Source of the DNA: Clostridiales bacterium
Lineage (GTDB): Bacteria; Bacillota; Clostridia; Peptostreptococcales; JAAYPU01
DNA length: 33,360 bases
NCBI GenBank assembly: GCA_012519645.1
Contig: JAAYPU010000418.1
Span: 1 to 33,360, forward strand
Direction of reading: 5' to 3'
Position 1 is the first letter of the stretch. The number at the start of each line of letters is the position of its first letter. The notes below the pieces were generated by a model. It made no database searches. It had not been told where the DNA came from and worked only from the letters and a program-made list of their open reading frames with translations. The position numbers were made by a program, and so were the translations under genes. Of the stretch, positions 27,505 through 33,360 are shown piece by piece.

Positions 27505-30015
27505 ATGGAGAATAACTTTATTGATAACGATAAAATAATTCAAACAGATATACATGATGAAATGCAAAAATCCTATATCGAATATGCCATGAGTGTAATT
27601 GTCGGAAGAGCGCTTCCCGATGTCCGGGATGGTTTGAAACCGGTACATAGACGTATATTATATGCTATGAATGAGTTAGGATTATCGCCCGATCAGCCTT
27701 TCAGAAAATCAGCTCGTATCGTCGGGGATGTTTTGGGTAAGTATCATCCGCACGGAGATACCTCTGTATATGACGCAATGGTTAGAATGGCTCAGGATTT
27801 TTCAATCAGATACCCATTAGTCAACGGCCACGGAAACTTTGGATCTGTTGATGGGGACAGCGAAGCTGCAATGAGGTATACGGAAGCGAAAATGACTAAG
27901 CTGGCCGTAGAAATGCTCAGAGATATAAATAAGGATACAATAGATTATGTACCGAACTTTGATGAAACACTAAAAGAACCTACTGTATTGCCTTCCAGAT
28001 TCCCAAATCTTATTGTAAATGGATCTAACGGTATTGCTGTAGGCTATGCCACATCAATACCTCCACATAATCTTGAAGAAGTTATAGATGCGACAATTAA
28101 AATGATAGAAGATGAAGAAACAACTATCGAAGATATAATAAAGATTATAAAAGGTCCTGATTTTCCCACCGGCGCGACTATTTTAGGCAAAAACAGCATT
28201 AAAGAAGCTTACCGAACAGGTCAGGGTAAGGTTTTGGTCCGTTCAAAGGTTGAGATCGAAGAAACCAGCAAGGGAAAACTTCAAATAATAGTGAAGGAAA
28301 TTCCTTATCAGGTAAATAAAGCAAAGCTTATAGAAAAAATTGCAGAGCTTGTCAGGGATAAAAAAGTAGAGAATATTTCTGATTTGAGGGATGAATCGGA
28401 TAGAAACGGTATGAGAATCGTTATTGAAGTTAAAAGAGATGCAAATCCTCATATCATTTTGAACAGACTCTATAAACATACTCAATTGCAGGATACCTTC
28501 AGCATCATCATGATAGCACTTGTCAATGGTGAGCCTAAGGTTCTGAATATATATGAATTGATTCATCATTATCTGATGCACCAAAAAGAAATCGTAACCA
28601 GAAGAACTCAATATGATTTAGAAAAAGCAGAAGAAAGAGCACATATTTTAGAAGGGCTGAAAATTGCTTTAGACAATATCGATGAAGTTATTGCATTAAT
28701 TAAAAAATCAGCAAATGCTGCAGAAGCAAAAGAAGGACTGATGGAAACCTTCAGCTTAAGCGAGAAGCAGGCACAGGCGATTCTTGATATGAGACTTCAA
28801 AGATTGACTGGATTGGAAAGGGACAAGATCGATCAAGAATTCAATGAATTATTAAAGCTTATCGCAGAGTTTAAAGAAATATTGGCAAATGAAAAATTGC
28901 TTATGAACATTATAAAAGAAGAGCTTTTGGAAATAAAAGAAAAATATGCCGACGATAGGCGTACACAAATTGTTGCAAGTGCCGAAGAAATAGAAGAGGA
29001 AGACCTTATTCAGGAAGAAGACATTACTGTTACATTGACGCATTTGGGCTATATCAAACGAGTACCGGCGGATACGTATAAGCTCCAAAAAAGAGGCGGA
29101 AAGGGAATTACAGGATTAACGACAAGAGAAAATGACTTTGTAAAGCAGCTGATTTCTACATCTACCCATAACTATCTGTTATTCTTCACTAATACAGGAA
29201 AGATGTACAGAATGAAAGCTTATGAAATTCCTGAAGCGAAAAGACATGCGAAGGGAACGGCAATAGTAAATCTTCTTAACCTTCACCATGGAGAACGCGT
29301 CACCGCAATGATCCCTCTGAAGGTGTTTGAAAAAGATAAATACCTTATTTCCGTTACCAAGAAGGGTGTTATAAAGAAGACGGATATAACTCAGTTTGAT
29401 ACTTCAAGAAAAACCGGCATCATAGCTATAAATCTGAAGGATAACGATGAGCTTATAAGCGTCAAAGAAACCACAGGCAAAAGCGATATCATTGTCGTCA
29501 CCAGAAAAGGAAAAAGCATCTGCTTTAACGAAAACGATGTCAGAGACATGGGAAGAACAGCGGCAGGCGTCAGGGCAATTATTTTAGGCAAAGATGATGA
29601 AGTAGTAAGCATGGAAGTTTTTGAAATGGATAATCTGATAGAGAATGAATGCTTGCTCGTTGCTACCGAACAGGGCTATGGAAAGAGAACGCCTTTAAAA
29701 GAATATAAAATCCAAGCAAGAGGCGGTAAAGGTATGCTGACTTATGATAAAGATAAGTTAAGCAAAACAGGAGAATTAGTTGGTGCGGTCGTAGTTAAGG
29801 AAAATGATGAAGTTATGTTGATAAATTCGGAAGGAGTTATTATACGTATTGAAGCTGATTCAATTTCAAAATTAGGAAGAGCAACGCAAGGTGTCAAGCT
29901 TATGCGTGTAGATGAAAATGAAAATATCATTTCCATTGCCAAAATCGTTTCCGAAGAAATGGATGAAAATGGAGATGAAACGGATGATCTGGAACAAATA
30001 ACCATTGATATGTAA
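27505..30015 (+). CDS. gyrA: DNA gyrase subunit A
   Basis: It has the [14 protein letters not shown], the catalytic Tyr context [10 protein letters not shown]-terminal beta-pinwheel repeats and an acidic tail. Confidence 0.98.
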   Translation: MENNFIDNDKIIQTDIHDEMQKSYIEYAMSVIVGRALPDVRDGLKPVHRRILYAMNELGLSPDQPFRKSARIVGDVLGKYHPHGDTSVYDAMVRMAQDFSIRYPLVNGHGNFGSVDGDSEAAMRYTEAKMTKLAVEMLRDINKDTIDYVPNFDETLKEPTVLPSRFPNLIVNGSNGIAVGYATSIPPHNLEEVIDATIKMIEDEETTIEDIIKIIKGPDFPTGATILGKNSIKEAYRTGQGKVLVRSKVEIEETSKGKLQIIVKEIPYQVNKAKLIEKIAELVRDKKVENISDLRDESDRNGMRIVIEVKRDANPHIILNRLYKHTQLQDTFSIIMIALVNGEPKVLNIYELIHHYLMHQKEIVTRRTQYDLEKAEERAHILEGLKIALDNIDEVIALIKKSANAAEAKEGLMETFSLSEKQAQAILDMRLQRLTGLERDKIDQEFNELLKLIAEFKEILANEKLLMNIIKEELLEIKEKYADDRRTQIVASAEEIEEEDLIQEEDITVTLTHLGYIKRVPADTYKLQKRGGKGITGLTTRENDFVKQLISTSTHNYLLFFTNTGKMYRMKAYEIPEAKRHAKGTAIVNLLNLHHGERVTAMIPLKVFEKDKYLISVTKKGVIKKTDITQFDTSRKTGIIAINLKDNDELISVKETTGKSDIIVVTRKGKSICFNENDVRDMGRTAAGVRAIILGKDDEVVSMEVFEMDNLIENECLLVATEQGYGKRTPLKEYKIQARGGKGMLTYDKDKLSKTGELVGAVVVKENDEVMLINSEGVIIRIEADSISKLGRATQGVKLMRVDENENIISIAKIVSEEMDENGDETDDLEQITIDM

Positions 30016-30026
30016 ATGCTTTACTT

Positions 30027-30048
30027 CGCCTGCTTGAATTAGCAGGCG
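30027..30048 (+). terminator. Putative terminator after gyrA
   Basis: CGCCTGCT (30027-30034) pairs with AGCAGGCG (30041-30048) around a 6-nt loop. The U-tract is weak. Confidence 0.5.
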
Positions 30049-30068
30049 GAATTATTATATCAGAGTAA

Positions 30069-30086
30069 AAGAATATTAATATTCTT
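30069..30086. repeat. Perfect 18-bp palindrome immediately upstream of the sigB-operon promoter
   Basis: AAGAATATTAATATTCTT is its own reverse complement. It ends 2 nt before the putative -35. Confidence 0.8.
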
Positions 30087-30088
30087 CC

Positions 30089-30114
30089 GTTTGTTGTTTT
30101 TAATTATTGGGTAT
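30089..30114 (+). promoter_or_regulatory. SigB-type (autoregulatory) promoter of rsbV-rsbW-sigB
   Basis: GTTTGT (30089-30094) is followed by a 14-nt spacer and GGGTAT (30109-30114). This fits the Bacillus consensus GTTTAA-N12-15-GGGTAT. The -10 extends as GGGTATA. It lies about 30 nt upstream of the rsbV ATG. Confidence 0.6.
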
Positions 30115-30144
30115 AAAATAATTGATTTTGAGGAGGTATTCAAA

Positions 30145-30462
30145 ATGACGCTGAAAATTGAAAGCATATTTAATGAAAAGTCTAACAGATGGATTGTTCA
30201 AATTATTGGCGAAATGGATGTATTAACTTCAAAGGAGCTTAGGGAGGAGCTTATCCGAATATTTAACGAAAAGCAGGAAAATATTATACTTGATTTGCAA
30301 GGACTGAACTATATTGACAGTACAGGATTAGGAGTAATCATAGGAGCTTACGGCAGACTGAAAGAAAAAGAAAAAGAGATTAGTATAATCAATCCTAAAC
30401 AAAATATTCTAAAACTTTTAACCATCACTGGGTTAGATAAAATACTCATTAAGCAAAACTAA
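30145..30462 (+). CDS. rsbV: Anti-sigma factor antagonist (STAS domain), RsbV-like
   Basis: The STAS phospho-serine context LNYIDSTGLGVI is present. GAGGAGG RBS precedes ATG 30145; the ORF-track start at 30091 is an upstream TTG inside the promoter. Confidence 0.9.
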   Translation: MTLKIESIFNEKSNRWIVQIIGEMDVLTSKELREELIRIFNEKQENIILDLQGLNYIDSTGLGVIIGAYGRLKEKEKEISIINPKQNILKLLTITGLDKILIKQN

Positions 30463-30482
30463 CATAAGGAGAGAAAGGAAAA

Positions 30483-30884
30483 ATGACAGATTTTTTAAAA
30501 TTCTCCATTCCTGGTAAACCGGAATATGTGGGAGTAGTGAGACTGGCAGTGTCTTCCATTGCTAACAGGGCGGGCTTTGACATTGAAGCAATAGAAGATA
30601 TAAAGGTTGCTGTTGCGGAAGCATGCAACAATGCAATTTTACATGGTATTTCAGATAATTGCTGTAATTTTGAAGTAGGTTGTTTTCTGGAAAACGATAG
30701 ACTCATAATTGAAATCGAGGACAAGGGGCACGGGTATAATATGAATGAATATGTGGCGCCTGATCTTTGTAATCCAAAAGAAGGAGGTCTTGGAATATTT
30801 ATTATCAAAACCCTCATGGATGAGGTGGAGATATTGTCTAATACCGGAGAAGGTACAATGATCAAAATGACTAAATATATTTAA
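30483..30884 (+). CDS. rsbW: Anti-sigma factor serine kinase, RsbW-like (GHKL)
   Basis: It has the N-box AVAEACNNAILHG and the G-box GGLGIFIIKTLMDEV, and is 133 aa long. Confidence 0.9.
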   Translation: MTDFLKFSIPGKPEYVGVVRLAVSSIANRAGFDIEAIEDIKVAVAEACNNAILHGISDNCCNFEVGCFLENDRLIIEIEDKGHGYNMNEYVAPDLCNPKEGGLGIFIIKTLMDEVEILSNTGEGTMIKMTKYI

Positions 30885-30898
30885 AAGAGGTTGCGGTA

Positions 30899-31684
30899 AT
30901 GAGTATAAGGGTTTTGTCGGAGGAAATAAAAGAGGGGATTTCAAATAAGGAGCTTTTTTTGCTTTATAAAGAAAACAAAGATATAGAAGTAAGGAACGAG
31001 CTTGTACAAAGATATCTTTATATTGCGGACATATTAGTAAGAAAATATATCAACAGAGGAATAGAATATGATGATTTATATCAGGTCGCTTCGCTAGCAC
31101 TGATAAAAGCCGTGGAAAGATTCGATATAGAAAAGGGTTTTGAATTCAGCAGCTTTGCAACACCTACAATTTTAGGTGAAATCAAAAAGCATTTCAGAGA
31201 TAAAGGTTGGGCGATTCGTGTTCCGAGAAGGATACAAGAGCTGTCTCATAAATTACAGGGAGCAAAGGAAAAGCTTACTCAAGATCTCCATAGAGCTCCA
31301 ATGGTACGAGAGTTAGCAGAATACTTAGAGTGTACGGAAGAGGATATTTTACAGGCAATGGAAGCTTCTGCCGTTTTTGAAATTCAGTCTCTTAATCAAT
31401 CTTATGATAATGAAAATAATGAAAAGGATTTAAGATTGGAAGAAGCTTTGGGAATTAAAGACGATAATTTCACTACTTTGGAAAATCAAGATTTTATTCA
31501 ATCAATTTTGAAAACTCTTTCCCCGGTAGAAATAGATATTTTCAAAATGAGATTTCTGGAAGAAAAAACACAAGGAGAAATAGCAAAACAGTTAAATGTA
31601 TCTCAAATGACGATTTCAAGAATGGAGAAGAAAATAATACATAAATTCAAAGAAGAATTAACAAGCATTGAGAGAAGAAACTAG
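30899..31684 (+). CDS. sigB: Alternative sigma factor SigB (general stress)
   Basis: FSSFATPTILGEIKKHFRDKGWAIRVPRRIQEL closely parallels B. subtilis SigB ([33 protein letters not shown]), and differs from SigF (VKVSRSLKEL). The region 4.2 HTH reads QGEIAKQLNVSQMTISRMEKK. Confidence 0.85.
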   Translation: MSIRVLSEEIKEGISNKELFLLYKENKDIEVRNELVQRYLYIADILVRKYINRGIEYDDLYQVASLALIKAVERFDIEKGFEFSSFATPTILGEIKKHFRDKGWAIRVPRRIQELSHKLQGAKEKLTQDLHRAPMVRELAEYLECTEEDILQAMEASAVFEIQSLNQSYDNENNEKDLRLEEALGIKDDNFTTLENQDFIQSILKTLSPVEIDIFKMRFLEEKTQGEIAKQLNVSQMTISRMEKKIIHKFKEELTSIERRN

Positions 31685-31740
31685 TTATATTATTGGAAAT
31701 TATCGATGATTTATAAAAATGATCAAATTGTCAAAAATCA

Positions 31741-31768
31741 AACTTCCTTGCCCGAAAGGAAGTTTTTT
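31741..31768 (+). terminator. Intrinsic terminator of the sigB operon
   Basis: AACTTCCTT (31741-31749) pairs with AAGGAAGTT (31756-31764), followed by TTTT. Confidence 0.8.
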
Positions 31769-31770
31769 AC

Positions 31771-31799
31771 TTGTCTTTTGTATAGAATAATCCTATTAT
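31771..31799 (+). promoter_or_regulatory. Putative sigmaA-type promoter of trpS
   Basis: TTGTCT (31771-31776) is followed by a 17-nt spacer and TATTAT (31794-31799). Confidence 0.3.
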
Positions 31800-31833
31800 A
31801 GATAATATAAAAAATAAAGACGGAGGTATACCA

Positions 31834-32817
31834 ATGAAAAGAGTTTTTTCCGGGGTGCAACCCACAGGAAACATACATATAGGAAATTATATCGGGGCAT
31901 TAAAGCAATTTGTAGAGCTTCAGGAAGAGATGGATGCCATTTATTGTATTGTTGATCTCCATTCTATTACCGTACCTCAGGATCCCCGGGCATTAAAACA
32001 GCATACTTTGGATGTTGCGGCTCTTTACCTTTCTGTAGGTCTTGATCCAAATAAAGCAATCATTTTTGTTCAGTCCACTGTTCCCGCACATTCGGAATTA
32101 GCATGGATCCTAACCTGCAACTCTTATACGGGAGAGTTGAGCAGAATGACCCAATTCAAAGATAAAAGCAAGGAAAGAGAATCAGCACCTACAGGACTGT
32201 TCACCTATCCATTGCTGATGGCTGCAGATATTCTTTTATATGATACGGATATCGTGCCTGTAGGAAACGACCAAAAGCAGCATATAGAATTAACACGAGA
32301 CTTGGCTGAGCGGTTCAACAATAAATATGGAAAGACTTTTGTTATACCCGAATATAGGGGAACAAAAGTAGGAGCTAGAATAATGGCATTGGATGAGCCA
32401 ACTAATAAAATGAGTAAAAGTGCAGAAAATGAATATAGCAGAATATCATTATTAGATACTCCCGAAAAAGTCAAGAAGTCCATAATGAGAGCTACAACTG
32501 ACTCCGACGGAGAAATAAGATTCGACGAAAAAAACAAGCCTGGCATAAGTAATCTGCTTACTATTTACAGCGTTTTTTCCTGTCTGTCCATTCAGGAGCT
32601 CGAAAAGAAATATACCGGCTGCGGATACGGACAATTAAAGAAAGATTTGGTGGAAGTGGTCAATGATTCGCTGGTGGATATTCAGAAAAGATACTTTGAT
32701 ATCAGGGAATCAGAAGAACTGAAAAGAATACTCAAAGACGGAACAGAAAAAGCACAGACGATTGCAGAAAAGACAATGAAAAGAGTTAAAGAAAATTTAG
32801 GTTTTATAACCTTATAA
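31834..32817 (+). CDS. trpS: Tryptophan--tRNA ligase
   Basis: It has the class I HIGH variant (TGNIHIGNY) and the KMSKS motif, and is 327 aa long. Confidence 0.95.
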   Translation: MKRVFSGVQPTGNIHIGNYIGALKQFVELQEEMDAIYCIVDLHSITVPQDPRALKQHTLDVAALYLSVGLDPNKAIIFVQSTVPAHSELAWILTCNSYTGELSRMTQFKDKSKERESAPTGLFTYPLLMAADILLYDTDIVPVGNDQKQHIELTRDLAERFNNKYGKTFVIPEYRGTKVGARIMALDEPTNKMSKSAENEYSRISLLDTPEKVKKSIMRATTDSDGEIRFDEKNKPGISNLLTIYSVFSCLSIQELEKKYTGCGYGQLKKDLVEVVNDSLVDIQKRYFDIRESEELKRILKDGTEKAQTIAEKTMKRVKENLGFITL

Positions 32818-32893
32818 TCAAACTATCGTGCTATTTATAACTTTTCATTGACAGATTTTTATATCTAAATCCTAAATACAAGAGGAAGAAAGA

Positions 32894-33360
32894 ATGTATA
32901 CCTTAGAAGAGCTTAATAAATATGTAAGTGTGTGCAGGAAATGTGAGCTTTCAAAGGAGCGTACCCAAGTGGTATTTGGGCAAGGTGATCCCAAAGCACA
33001 GATTATGTTTATCGGAGAAGGTCCGGGTTATCACGAGGATAAGCAGGGGCTTGCTTTTGTAGGTCCGGCGGGACAGCTTCTTACGGATGCCATAAGGAGC
33101 ATTGGAATGAAGCGGGAAGAAGTATATATTGCGAATGTTGTAAAATGCAGACCCCCCGGAAACAGGAACCCGCTTAAAGAGGAGATGGAGGCTTGTATTC
33201 AGTATTTAAGGTATCAGGTAAAAATTATCCAGCCACGTATCATTGTGTGTTTAGGAGCTATAGCTGCAACAAATGTTATTGATAAGGACTTTAAAATTTC
33301 AAAAGAAAGAGGGCAATGGATTTTAAAAAAAGGTATTTGGATCATGCCTACCTTTCATCC
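32894..33360 (+). CDS. Family 4 uracil-DNA glycosylase (partial; runs off the window end)
   Basis: Hand translation gives MYTLEELNKYVSVCRKCELS...FIGEGPGYHED...FVGPAGQLL...VVKCRPPGNRNP...TFHP. The GEGPG motif and the Fe-S Cys pattern are present. GAGGAAG RBS lies upstream. It is absent from the ORF track because it has no stop in the window. Confidence 0.85.
   Translation, partial: MYTLEELNKYVSVCRKCELSKERTQVVFGQGDPKAQIMFIGEGPGYHEDKQGLAFVGPAGQLLTDAIRSIGMKREEVYIANVVKCRPPGNRNPLKEEMEACIQYLRYQVKIIQPRIIVCLGAIAATNVIDKDFKISKERGQWILKKGIWIMPTFH

Noticed and set aside
31685-31833. A possible T-box leader upstream of trpS, which is common in Firmicutes, plus a 31-codon ORF starting at 31706.
   Set aside because: The spacer is only about 150 nt. 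Its one strong hairpin (31741-31768 plus a T-run) is best read as the sigB operon terminator. I could find no specifier loop or T-box (AGGGUGGNACCGCG-like) sequence. The short ORF has no SD and runs through the terminator stem.

Overview
This window is the chromosomal replication-origin region of a low-GC Firmicute with Clostridia-type gene order. Leftward (minus strand) from oriC run rpmH-rnpA-yidD-yidC-jag-mnmE-mnmG-rsmG-noc-soj-spo0J. These are followed by a PAS-PP2C phosphatase operon, rnhA, a tiny duplicated transmembrane peptide gene, a yycH-yycI-yycJ-htrA-rlmH cluster that lacks walRK, and azlCD plus an isochorismatase-family gene. Rightward (plus strand) run dnaA-dnaN-yaaA-recF-[inserted LAS/M15 peptidase]-gyrB-gyrA-rsbV-rsbW-sigB-trpS and a partial family-4 UDG. 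I found no rRNA, tRNA, CRISPR array, IS element or obvious defence island, so most of the window is core housekeeping. Eight points deserve a second look. (1) A GC-rich endolysin-like peptidase sits between recF and gyrB and carries a near-copy of the gyrB translation-initiation region. (2) The sigB partner-switching operon has a SigB-type autoregulatory promoter and an adjacent perfect palindrome. (3) A Cys-motif PAS-PP2C phosphatase is co-transcribed with a membrane-anchored beta-rich protein and is a candidate SigB input module. (4) The yycHIJ cluster is orphaned from walRK and is led by an unknown secreted protein. (5) A tandemly duplicated Cys-containing tiny TM peptide has a mother-cell sigma-like promoter. 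(6) Perfect parS sites are embedded in terminator-like hairpins directly after the noc and spo0J stop codons. (7) oriC is bipartite, with a DnaA-box / GC-cluster / DnaA-trio / AT-tract arrangement. (8) A 19-bp perfect inverted repeat lies in front of a DUF3796-like gene. All functional calls come from reading motifs and synteny by eye; no database search was possible.
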